Shown: piece after piece, positions 38,914 through 51,300 of the stretch | Position numbering within the stretch: the stretch's first letter is position 1 | Layout of the letters: each line of letters begins with the position of its first letter | NCBI GenBank assembly: GCA_949358305.1 | Contig: OX442314.1 | Span: forward strand, 24,366,001 to 24,430,000 | DNA: 64,000 bases | Direction: 5' to 3' | Source of the DNA: Strigamia acuminata | Lineage: Eukaryota | Made by a program: the position numbers and the translations under genes | Notes under the pieces: model-generated | What the model was told of the DNA's origin: nothing | Seen by the model: the letters and a program-made list of their open reading frames with translations, nothing else | The model's database searches: none

Positions 38914-40763
38914 GAATCGAATACGAGTTTTGCCCTTCTTCAACGCGAAATCGTATTCGACTCGTTTTCGAGTCGAATGCGAGTTTTGCCCTTCTTCAAC
39001 GCGAAATCGTATTCGACTCGTTTTCGAGTCGAATACGAGTTTTGCCCTTCTTCAACGCGAAATCGTATTCGACTCGTTTTCGAGTCGAATGCGAGTTTTG
39101 CCCTTCTTCAACGCGAAATCGTATTCGACTCGTTTTCGAGTCGAATGCGAATTTTGCCCTTCTTCAACGCGAAATCGTATTCGACTCGTTTTCAAGTCGA
39201 ATACGAGTTTTGCCCTTCTTCAACGCGAAATCGTATTCGACTCGTTTTCGAGTCGAATGCGAGTTTTGCCCTTCTTCAACGCGAAATCGTATTCGACTCG
39301 TTTTCGAGTCGAATGCGAATTTTGCCCTTCTTCAACGCGAAATCGTATTCGACTCGTTTTCGAGTCGAATACGAGTTTTGCCCTTCTTCAACGCGAAATC
39401 GTATTCGACTCGTTTTCGAGTCAAATACGAGTTTTGCCCTTCTTCAACGCGAAATCGTATTCGACTCGTTTTCGAGTCGAATACGAGATAGTCGATGACC
39501 CGTTCCCGGACTTTGACTCGTACGACTCGTATTCGAGATGTATTCGAGATGTATTCGAATTGTATTCGAGTCGCATTCGAGATGGTCGATGATTTCCACT
39601 CGCTCGTATACGCGTTGTATACGAGCTCGTATTTTGATCGTAATCGTAAACGAATCGTTTACAAGTCGTATACAAGTTGTATACGACGTGTATACACCTC
39701 GTATACGAACGAAGTTTGGAAAATCCACCGGATACTTACTACGACATGAAAACACATAGTAGTCACATACGTCTTATTTGGAAATTGTGTTTTCACAAAC
39801 TTCGTTCGTATACGAGGTGTATACACGTCGTATACGACTTGTATACGACTTGTAAACGATTCGTTTACGATTACGATCAAAATACGAGCTCGTATACAAC
39901 GCGTATACGAGCGAGTGGAAATCATCGACCATCTCGAATACGACTCGAATTCGATTCGTATTCGATTCGAATACGATTCGAATTCGATTCGAATACGAAT
40001 ACGATCAAAATACGAACTCGTAACAACTCGAATACAAATCAAAGTCCGGGAAACAAAAATCGACCATCTCGTATACGATTCGAAAGCGAATCGAATACGA
40101 TTTCGCGTTGAAGAAGGGCAAAATTCGCATTCGACTCGAAAACGAGTCGAATACGAATTCGCATTCGACTCGAAAACGAGTCGAATACGATTTCGCGTTG
40201 AAGAAGGGCAAAATTCGCATTCGACTCGAAAACGAGTCGAATACGATTTCGCGTTGAAGAAGGGCAAAACTCGCATTCGACTCGAAAACGAGTCGAATAC
40301 GATTTCGCGTTGAGAAAGGGCAAAATTCGCATTCGACTCGAAAACGAGTCGAATACGATTTCGCGTTGAAGAAGGGCAAAACTCGCATTCGACTCGAAAA
40401 CGAGTCGAATACGATTTCGCATTCGACTCGAAAACGAGTCGAATACGATTTCGCGTCGAAGAAGGGCAAAATTCGCATTCGACTCGAAAACGAGTCGAAT
40501 ACGATTTCGCGTTGAAGAAGGGCAAAACTCGCATTCGACTCGAAAACGAGTCGAATACGATTTCGCGTTGAGAAAGGGCAAAATTCGCATTCGACTCGAA
40601 AACGAGTCGAATACGATTTCGCGTTGAAGAAGGGCAAAACTCGCATTCGACTCGAAAACGAGTCGAATACGATTTCGCATTCGACTCGAAAACGAGTCGA
40701 ATACGATTTCGCGTCGAAGAAGGGCAAAATTTGCATTCGACTCGAAAACGAGTCGAATACGAG
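38914..40763. repeat. Second foldback: 10 x 56-bp satellite (GACTC/GAGTC variant), hairpin module, inverted array of 10 full and 3 truncated units (copy at 54941-56790)
   Basis: caacgcgaaa recurs every 56 bp from 38941 to 39445; inverted array at ~40070-40763; loop at ~39723-39789. Confidence 0.95.
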
Positions 40764-43700
40764 ATCATTTTTTGATCTGGGTCGTGAATGCGTCCGTATG
40801 TCACGCGAACGCGTGTTGGAGTCGATTCCGAGTTCGTATTCCATCTTGAACGCGCATTGGAGACGTAAACCAGTTTATTTTACCCACTCTCGCTCGATCC
40901 CGCTTCATCGCTCCTTGTCGCTCCTGTGAAAAAAAATACATGAGAATGTGCAGAAATGAACCTTCCAATACTCACATGAAAATTGACAACCTTGACACAA
41001 AACAGTCTATTGACACTCCCAACACCACCCCGGATGTTTTCCGGAAAAGTTTGGTCCACCCGGAATCCCCAGAATAGTCGCCCCCGAAATGCGGATTTCG
41101 CGGAAGCCAATCCGCGAAAAGGATATGTTTTTAGCGGCGCGCCGACGCGTCCGCCACGCCCGTCTGGAGAGCTTAACCTTATGGCGCGCATGCGGATTTC
41201 TCGGAGTGCGAAAGGGACCCTATTTTTAACATTACGGCGGCCTATACCTTGACCCCCTGTTCGCAGTCTCATGGCTGATTTTGCGGATTTCACTTATTTG
41301 TATATTCCGCACGATCGCGCGCGTTTTATCAACCTTGGGAAAGCCGCTTTCTCAAATTTGCAAATTCCACATTGTGTGAACATGCTACAACGCTTCTGTG
41401 CGCGTCAATAAAAAAAAAACCGATTAGAAATGAAATTCAGGGTTTTGTTAAAATAAAAATTATACAATATAATCAGTCTATAATGCTTCTATAATGCTGT
41501 TGGTTTAATCAGCACATTGTAATCGTGTGAAAACACGCGCGCTCGCAATAATACATTACCCAATGTACTTGCACTGGCATGGACCCATCAGTGCGCACTT
41601 TCCCGTGCGTGCTGCTTGCACTATTTACATCAATTGTTGCTCCACAGGTTGCGCGACCTGCCGGGCAGTTAAGACGTACTAGAATAACCTCAGGATTTGA
41701 TAAAACCTGATTTTTGGATGACACTAAGTAAATGGCAGTGAATGTGAGATGTGAGATACACGATGAATTTAATAAAATTTATATTTCCTAATCATGGGAT
41801 TGGTTTCACGTTTCATAATCCAACAATTAAGTAGAATATCATTATTGCAATTGATTAAAACAAATTTTTTTTACAAATTCTTTGGTTTTACATTTTAAAT
41901 TTATTTTCCAATAGTTGGCACCATCGCAATTGCTGCGAGTTTAAAACACTGCATTCAGCAGAATTTACTGCACTTTCAAATCAAGGCCAGGCATACCTAC
42001 TGCAAAGTAATGTATAAACCATAAAGAAGCCTTTGATTCGGAATTGCCTGTAGGTAATTCTGCGCTGGTCTCCAATGGAAATGTCCGCGCCGGTCTTCCG
42101 TGCACGGGAAGTCCACAGAAAGTCCGTGCATTCCGTGCGCTGGGAGTCCGTGCGTCGTACCGCGTGATCTTGCATTGTTTTTTGTGGGCTTTTCCTGATT
42201 AGGATTACTTCCTTTTTAACTCTTGAAGAATTAAGTTTGTTTTTTTTGCTCCAAAACGTCCCAAAACGCCTGAAAATCGCGCAACTCGAGGCAAAACATT
42301 ACAGTGTGTATTCAAATCAAAACTAGCTACAAATACATGCTGAAATTAGCTAAATTTTCAAATTTTTTGGCTTTCAAGAAGTAATGGAAACATTTGACAT
42401 AACGTGGATCAGTTGCATTCAAAAACTAAAATATTTTGTGTTTTACTTCAATTTTAAACTAAAAATGATGTCATTTTCTGTTTAAACCCCTGTTAAAGCT
42501 TGAAATACATTTTAACTAAAAGAAATAAGTTTGTTTTTTTCTTCGGCAGTGACGTGTACACACGAGCACGCCTGAGAACGCCAAAAAATGCTAAAAAAAC
42601 GCTCAAAAACGCCTGAAAATCGCGCAACTCGAGGCAAAACATTAATTTTTCATCTTTATTTCAACTTTTGTGACGTTTAAAATTGTGTTCTCATGTTTTT
42701 TGCCTCAAGTTGCATTGTCATCTGGCGTTTTGGAGTGTTTTTATGTGTTCGCAGGCGTTCGCAGGCGTTTTTTGGCGTTGTCACTCACTCAAGTGGCCAA
42801 TTTTAGCATTTTCCGTAGTAAAAATGGCCGTTTTTCGTCAAAATGGCCATTTTTAGCCATTTTTCAGAGTAAAAATGTTTTTTTTTCACCGTTTTTATAG
42901 TAAAATGGCCATTTTTAGTCGTTTTTTTAATCAAAAATGGCCGTTTTTATCGTTGAAACGTTATTAAAATGTAACGTTTCAATGGCGTTTTGATCTCGCC
43001 TCATTTCCGGTTTTGAAAATTAATAAACGCCCCGGCGTTTATTCGAGGCAACACCCAACTTGGGCTTTTATTCGCGTCGCACCGCATCATCATCTCACCT
43101 TGCCTCCCGTCTTGAAAATTTATAAACGCCCCGGCGTTTATTCAAGGCAAACCATTGTTTATGTAAGTTTTTCCTGATTAGGGTTACTTCCTTTAGAAGA
43201 AACACGTTTATTTCTTCTCGCTTAATCTTGAGTCGTGATCTCGCCTCGTTTCTGGTCTTAAAAATTAATAAACACCCCGGCTTTTATTCAAGGCAATACG
43301 GTACGTTTATGAAACCCAACTTGGGCTTTCATTTTAAAAAAAGCGCGTGTTCTTACGTCGAACTAAGAGATACAGGTGAATTAGCAACGCCTAATTTGAT
43401 TTAATAAATAAAGCAAACAACATCTCGCCTCACTTCTGGCGTTTGTTCGAGGCAAGCCATTGTTTTTGCATTTTTTTTCCTGATTAGGGTTACTTCCTTT
43501 TTAACTCTTGAAGAAATAAGTATGTTTTTTTTACTCGGCAGTGACGTGTACGCGCGAGTACGCCTGAGAACGCCAAAAAATACTCCAAAACGCCTGAAAA
43601 TCGTGCAACTCGAGGCAAAACATTAATTGTTTATTTTTGTTTCAACTTTTGTAACGTTTACAATTGTGTTCTCATGTTTTTTGCCTCAAGTTGCATTGTC

Positions 43701-46700
43701 ATTTTGCGTTTTGGGGCGTTTTTAGGCATTTTTAGGCATTTGCGGGCGTTCTTGGGCGTTTTTTGGCGTTGTCATTCAATCAAATAGCCATTTTTAGCCA
43801 TTTTTACCCATTTTTCATAGAAAAATGGTCATTTTTAGCCGTTTTTCATCCAAAATGGCCGTTTTTCATCCAAAAGGGCCGTTTTTCATCCAAAATGGAA
43901 TAATTGTTGTGTCCGGATTTTATGTCATTTATTGTCTTAATTAAAGTTAACAAAGTGTCTTTAATTTTTGCTTTTCTTGAATTTCAGCTTTTTAGATATT
44001 TTTACATATTAAACTTTCATTTTTTGTGATTTATTAAAAGTTACAGTGTTTTCATGAATTTTAGTGTCTATGATATTGATATTATCTTTATTCATTGCTA
44101 TTTAAAGTTTTATTACTTCTCTGTGTCTTATTTCTTTAATTCTTGCTCATTTTGTGTGATTTTGGATGATTTTTAGTGCATCCGTCGATTTACAGATCAC
44201 TTGCGTAAGACGCGTGACGTCATATTTCTTAATCTAGTTCGGTTGTGTTCAAACTTCTAACCTTTTGTTTGGACCTTATTCTTGTGTTATGGATAGGTTT
44301 TAGAATTGATTTAGACTAATTTGGGGGTGATCTGTCGATTGGTTTGCTTTATTTTTGTCCCGGAACGGTCGTTTTGTCGTTTCGAGCGTTTGTTGTCGGT
44401 ACGCACTTGTGCGCTGCTGACCGAGTTCATTCCGTTCGGCAAACGATTATTTTCAAGTGTTCTTTTAATAAATAGTGCTTTTGTTGTAGGAAATTACATT
44501 TCCTAATGTTATTTTATTCAATACAGTGTGTATTCTTGATTTTATTCTTGTGTTGAAATTCAAATGTCGTGTTTTGCCGCTCTAGCGGATTTGAAGTGGG
44601 CGCCATGTTGGATTTCCCCGCTAATTTCTTTATTTATCCATTTCATTTGTCTTTTTGAAAATGAATAAACGCCCCGGCGTTTATGCGAGGCAAGCCATAG
44701 TTTTTGTAGGTTCTTTCCTGATTAGGGTTACTTGTGACGTGCACGCGCGAGCTCGCCTGAGGACGCCAAAAAAAGCTCAAAAACGCCCCAAAACGCCTGA
44801 AAATCGCGCAACTCGAAGCAAAAAATTACAGTTTGAATTCAAATCAAAACTAACCACAAATACATGCTACAATTAGGTAAATTTTCAAATTTTTTATCAA
44901 TAAATGATGACTTTCAAGAAGTATGACAACATTTGACAAAATTTAGACCAGTTGCATTTAAAAACTAAAATATTTTGTGTTTTACTTCAATTTTAAACCA
45001 AAAATGACGTCATTTTTTGTTTAAACCGGCGTTTATTTGAGGCAAACACGCCGCTGAGAACGCCAAAAAATGCTCAAAAACACTCCAAAAGACCTGAAAA
45101 TCGCGCAACTTGAGGCAAAAAATTAATTTTTCATCTTTGTTTCAACTTTTGTGACGTTTAAAATTGTGTTTTCAAGTTTTATGCCTCAAGTTGCATTGTC
45201 ATCTGGCGTTTTGGGGCGTTTTGGGGCGTTCGCAGGCGTTTGCACGCGTTTTTTGGCGTTGTCACTCACTCAAGTGGCCATTTTTAGCCAATTTTCGAAG
45301 TAAAAATGGCCTTTTTTTATTAAAATGGCCATTTTCAGCCATTTGTCATAGTAAAAATGGCCATTTTCAGCCATTTTTTATAGTAAAAATGGCCATTTTT
45401 CATCCAAAATGGCCGTTTTTCATCCAAAATGACCATTTTTATCATTGACACGCTATAAAAATGTAACGTTTCAATGGCGTTTTGACGGAACCGGTAAGTT
45501 TTGAAATTTCCCGTGTCCCGTTATTGTGACTCCTCGTCCGGTTTCTCAGAACCGAAACCCTAATACAGGTGAATTAGTGACGCCTAATTTGTTTTAACAA
45601 ATAAAGCAAACAACATCTCGCCTCACTTCCAGTCTTGAAAATTAGTAAACGCCCCGGCGTTTATTCGAGGCAAGCCGTTGTTTTTACAGTAATTTCCTGG
45701 TTAGGGTTATTTTTTTTTTAACTCTTGAAGAAATAAGTTTGTTTTTTTCTCGCCTGCACGCGCGAGCTCGCATGAGAATGCTAAAAAATAAGCAAAAACG
45801 TTCTAAAACGCCCCAAAACGCTTCAAAATGCTCCAAAAAGCCTGAAAATCGTGCCACTCAAAGCAAAAAATTATGTTCGCATGTTTTTTGCCTCAAGTTG
45901 CACGGTTATCTGGCGTTTTGGTGCGTTCTTGGGGCGTTTTGGTGCGTTCTTGGGGCGTTTTCGGGCGTTTTTTTGGCGTTGTCACTCACTCCCACACTTT
46001 GCTGTCTTGTTTATTACAATTTGGTTTAGCTGTTGTATTTATTTTTATTTGTTTTATGGTTATTTAATGTGTTTTTGTAGCATTCAAAATGTTTTGTTGC
46101 CTAATTTCTCGTTTTGGCGCCAACTGTTTGTTTGACAACGCCGTGTCAGAATTTAGGGATGATTCTGCTTTGGTTTCTAATTAAAAAAAAAATGTTGTTT
46201 TAATTTCAATTGTAACTGCTTATTATAACGTTATTATTAGTATTTTGTAAAGGTTCATTCTTTTTCCATGTTAATAAAAAATGAAGTAACTTTCGGTGAA
46301 AAAAAAAACAGTTAAATGCGGATCAAAATTAAACACACACGAGAAGTTTAATAAACGTCCCGGCGTTTATTCGAGGCAATACGGTACATTTGTGAAACCC
46401 AACTTGGAACCCGAAAATAACGTGGGGCCGTCTGAACACCTGGATTTGAATTTTCGTCTACGCGCGCGCCGACGCATGGGGAATGCGGGGTGGGGTTCCT
46501 TCCCAGTGTTCCGAACGAGTCAATTTCACCCCGAAAATATCCCGAAATTGCTGATACATGCATTTCGAGCCAGAAATATTGATCTTCATGTAAATTTTGA
46601 TTGTTTAGCTTTTTTTTGAAATTTTACAAATTTTTCTCATCTCCTGCCTTCCTCGCTCATTTAACACCAAAATGGCCTGCATTGAGGATTTTTCCCATAA

Positions 46701-47671
46701 TCCTTTTCACACGTATGGAGCGCAAACAGTCGCAATAAATGAAATCAGCGGAATTCGGCCTTGAGTTTGCGACGCCATCTTGAATACGAGTAACAGCACA
46801 GTATGGTGTCAATTATTCGAACTGATCGTAAGGCATGGGACAAAAATTGATTAAAAACGAACAAACATGATTAAAAATCAACAAAAATCGACTGAAATCG
46901 GACAATAATCAATTCAGAATGACAAATAACGATTAAAATTGGCAAAAATTGTCACAAATAGAGAAAAACCGATTAAAAATCAGCAAGAAACCAATAGAAA
47001 TTGATAAAATCAAATAAAAATTAACAAATATCCATTTTGTTTGCTTTTAAACAAATTAAGAACTTTGAAAACACACGACAATTTTAAACAGTAAACACCG
47101 GGGTCAAATAAGCGCCGCTACTCGTTTAAACACCGGGGAGGTGTTAGTGAAGTGCCTCGAGTGGAGAAATTAATAAACGCTCGAGGCACCACGGTAGGCT
47201 TATTAAACACAAAATATGAAACGCTCGATCTTCAACAGGCGCACACGCCCGAGAACACCTCGGCATGCCTCAGCACTCTCCAAGAAACGAGAAAAACCAA
47301 GGCAAAAAAAAAAAAAATACACCAAAATTAGGACTAAAATCAAACACACATGGGGCCCGGAAGATTGATAACATCCCGGCATATATTCAAGGCAGTACGC
47401 CATGTTTTTTCCACCATTTTGTAAGTTTATTTCAATATTCATAAAGTTTATTGCTTTTTGTATCATTAGTAGTATTCCCTTGTGTGATGTGGTTTTATAA
47501 ATATCACACACAACTGCTTCTGCTGTTTTCTTCACGTTTATGCTTCGTGTATGCACGTGAAGCCCTCGCACATCTTTTGAGCACCTGTACACATTTGGAC
47601 ACGCTCAAGGTGCTACATCGCGCGCTCAAACGCACTAGATCGCGCGCGCAAACGCGCTACATCACGCATAT

Positions 47672-48063
47672 TAGGGATAAGAACAGACCGGGATAGGGAC
47701 TGGACTGGTAATGTTTGCCCTATGCGGATACGGGACGGGACGGGATTACAGTTGCTAAATTCGTACTGCGAGGCGGAGACAATTTTCTAATTCCAGTTGT
47801 TATTTATCACTATTAAGCCTAATATTGAGCCTGATAATGCTAAAATAAAGTAAATAAACAACAACAACAAACTCATTATTAAAAGTAAATTACACTGTAT
47901 GACCAAAATATTGTTGTTTCTTTACTTTATTTTAGCATTATTAGGCCTAATATTAGGCTTAATACTGATTTATTTCAATTATGCAATCATACGCGCGTAT
48001 TACGCTAACGTAATGGACCCGGGACGGGTCGGGACCCGAAAATTGGTCCCGTTCTCATCCCTA
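47672..48063. mobile_element. hAT MITE nested in unit 2
   Basis: Copy of 31291-31682 with the same TSD. Confidence 0.9.
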
Positions 48064-48373
48064 ACGCATATATATATCGCAGACATATCGCGCCCACGAC
48101 AAAGCACAAACCCATGGCAGTCACCAAAGAATATTTACGCCGCTTCCACGCACGTTTTATTTTCTCACAGGCCTCTACACATTTAACTTGCGCGCGCACT
48201 TGCTACGTGCTCGTGTGGTCACAATAAATACCTAATTTTCATTAAAATAACGAATGAACGAAATCACTTCAACCACACTTGCTACGGTCGACGCATCGAC
48301 GGCGATTCGCATGCGTTACCCCAAATACCGATAAAAAATCGCAGAAAACACTAATCCCGACCCAAAAACCGCC

Positions 48374-51300
48374 AAAATTACCCTCAACACACGCCAACAA
48401 CCTTCCACCACTTAAATTACACCGGAAAAAAACAATTTCAAACCGAAAAATCAACAAAAAAGGCCAAAAAAATATTGCAAACAAAGAGAAAAGATCAATT
48501 ATCGAGGCAAATCCCCACCACAAAACAACGCATCGCCGGTATACACTTAAGCGTACAGTGCACAACACTACTGTTTATTTTCAATGATCCAATAAATAAA
48601 ATTTGAAACAAAGTTGAGTGGAATTGTACGTTTCTTGTATATTAAAGTTTTTATTTTGTTTGTTTACACTTAATTTTTTTTTTCCATCATAGAATGGCGA
48701 CTCGATACTTTTGTAGCTCGAATTCACTTCGTAAACGTGGTCGGTGTTCATCACGCGTCAATGCGCTCGTGCAATAGTATAGGCGCGCATACGATTTGAT
48801 GCGCGCAAGACTTGCAAAACTTGCACGGAATTTGGGCAATTTTTGACAAATTTCAGCAGATTTTTGCCTGTATTTGACAAATTTCAGAAGATTTTTGCCT
48901 ATATTTGACAAATTTCAGAAGATTTCCTCAATCCTCAAACATTTGCTGAAATTTCTCATAAAATTTCTAAAATTAATTGAAATTTGTCTGAAATTTGTCT
49001 GGAATTTGTCAAATATTGTCAAAAATCCGTGGAAATTTGTCAAATACTGGCAAAAATCCATGTAAATTTGTCAAAAATTGCCATAATTCGGTGCAAATTG
49101 TGTTAGATATTGGAAAAATTTATTTTAACGCTTCCAACGCGCCAGTAAATCGCGCGTGCACACGCATGGATTTTTCGTCATAGTTGGATGCGCGCAAACC
49201 TCACGTAACTTGCGCCAAAATTTGGCAATTTTTGACAAATTTCAGCAGATTTTTGCCAGTATTTGACAAATTTCCACTGATTTTTGACAATATTTGACCC
49301 AACAACTGCGCCACGTTCCAGGCGCCGGTTTAGGCATTTTAGACCCGTTTTAGACCGTTTTAGATGGCGAAAACGTTCTCTCCATCATTTTCTACCCCTG
49401 GGTGAGGTTTTCAGCGTTCATGATTGATGAAAAAGCTGTTTTCTAACTAGCTGTCCCATTGCTAGTTTTGGCGTCAGGTTTTAGCAACCTTCCGATCCGA
49501 CTCTGTCGTCTGCACGACCTCCAAGACTGTTTTAGGGTTAATTTGAGTCAAATAATTCATTCTGGGGGTTGTTTTGGGTTTTTTACAAGTGTGTTTTTGT
49601 AGTTTTTATTGGTTTCAAACATTGTCAATTCTTTATACAAGTGTAACTTTCATTTCTCTGTATTTTGAGAACTTTGCATTGCAGCAAAGTTCATTTCTTG
49701 CCCCTTAATTATTGTGTAATTGTTGGTTTTCAAGCCCGTTTTTTAACAATAACTTTATTTGAAGTGCCTATTGTTTCAGGCACGTGCTTCCACGTGCCTT
49801 TTATTGTTGAGCAATTTCTTGGGCAGTTGCGCTCCTGTTGCTAGCATTGCCGCGCGTTCTCCGCGCGCGTACTCGCGTTTCGCATCACACACATTCGGAT
49901 TCGATGGCCTATCGCGGCGGCACATTGTGTGGCATAGCGCGGCACGTTGCAATTACGTGACGTGGCACGTTGCTGTTACGTGACGCGATAGCCAGTATTT
50001 AAGCAGGGGATTCCATCATCGTTTACACAAATGCGCATTGCAACGTGGAGGCGCATTCGAGTCCTTTTCCCAAGCGAAATCGTATTTGATTCGCTTTTGA
50101 ATCGAATACGAGTTTTGTCCTTTTTCAACGCGAAATCGTATTCGATTCGCTTTCGAATCGAATACGAGTTTTGTTTTTTTTCAACGCGAAATCGTATTCG
50201 ATTCGCTTTTGAATCGAATACGAGTTTTGTCCTTTTTCAACGCGAAATCGTATTTGATTCGCTTTCGAATCGAATACGAGTTTTGCCCTTTCTCAACGCA
50301 AAATCGTATTTGATTCGCATCCGAATCAAATACGAGATTTGTCCTTTTTCAAAGCGAAATCGTATTCGATTCGCTGTCGAATCGTATACGAGATGGTCGA
50401 TTTTTGTTTCCCGGACTTTGATTCGTATTCGAGTTGTTACGAGTTCGTATTTTGATCGTATTCGTATTCGAATCGAATTCGAATCGTATTCGAATCGAAT
50501 ACGAATCGAATTCGAGTCGTATTCGAGATGGTCGATGATTTCCACTCGCTCGTATACGCGTTGTATACGAGCTCGTATTTTGATCGTAATCGTAAACAAA
50601 TCGTTTACAAGTCGTATACAAGTTGTATACGACGTGTATACACCTCGTATACGAACGAAGTTTGTGAAAACACAATTTCCAAATAAGACGTATGTGACTA
50701 CTATGTGTTTTCATGTCGTAGTAAGTATCCGGTGGATTTTCCAAACTTCGTTCGTATACGAGGTGTATACACGTCGTATACAACTTGTATACGACTTGTA
50801 AACGATTCGTTTACGATTACGATCAAAATACGAGCTCGTATACAACGCGTATACGAGCGAGTGGAAATCATCGACCATCTCGAATACGACTCGAATTCGA
50901 TTCGTATTCGATTCGAATACGATTCGAATTCGATTCGAATACGAATACGATCAAAATACGAACTCGTAACAACTCGAATACGAATCAAAGTCCGGGAAAC
51001 AAAAATCATCGACCATCTCGTATACGATTCGAAAGCGAATCGAATACGATTTCGCGTTGAGAAAAGGCAAAACTCGTATTCGATTCGGATGCGAATCGAA
51101 TACGATTTCGCGTTGAAAAAGGATAAAACTCGTATTCGATTCGAAAGCGAATCGAATACGATTTCGTGTTGAAAAAAGGCAAAACTCGTATTCGATTCGG
51201 ATGCGAATCGAATACGATTTCGCGTTGAAAAAGGACAAAACTCGTATTCGATACAAAAGCGAATCGCATACGATTTCGCGTTGAAAAAGGACAAAACTCG

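Larger units (their letters stand above)
24796..41122 (+). repeat. Unit 1 of the 16-kb tandem duplication
   Basis: ORF track repeats at offset 16381 (e.g. 25128/41509), then at 16027 (35478/51505). Ends AAGG|atat. Confidence 0.97.

Noticed and set aside
38914..40763. CRISPR-like array (palindromic repeats at regular spacing)
   Set aside because: The sequence between hairpins is essentially constant rather than unique spacers; there are no cas genes and the context is eukaryotic.
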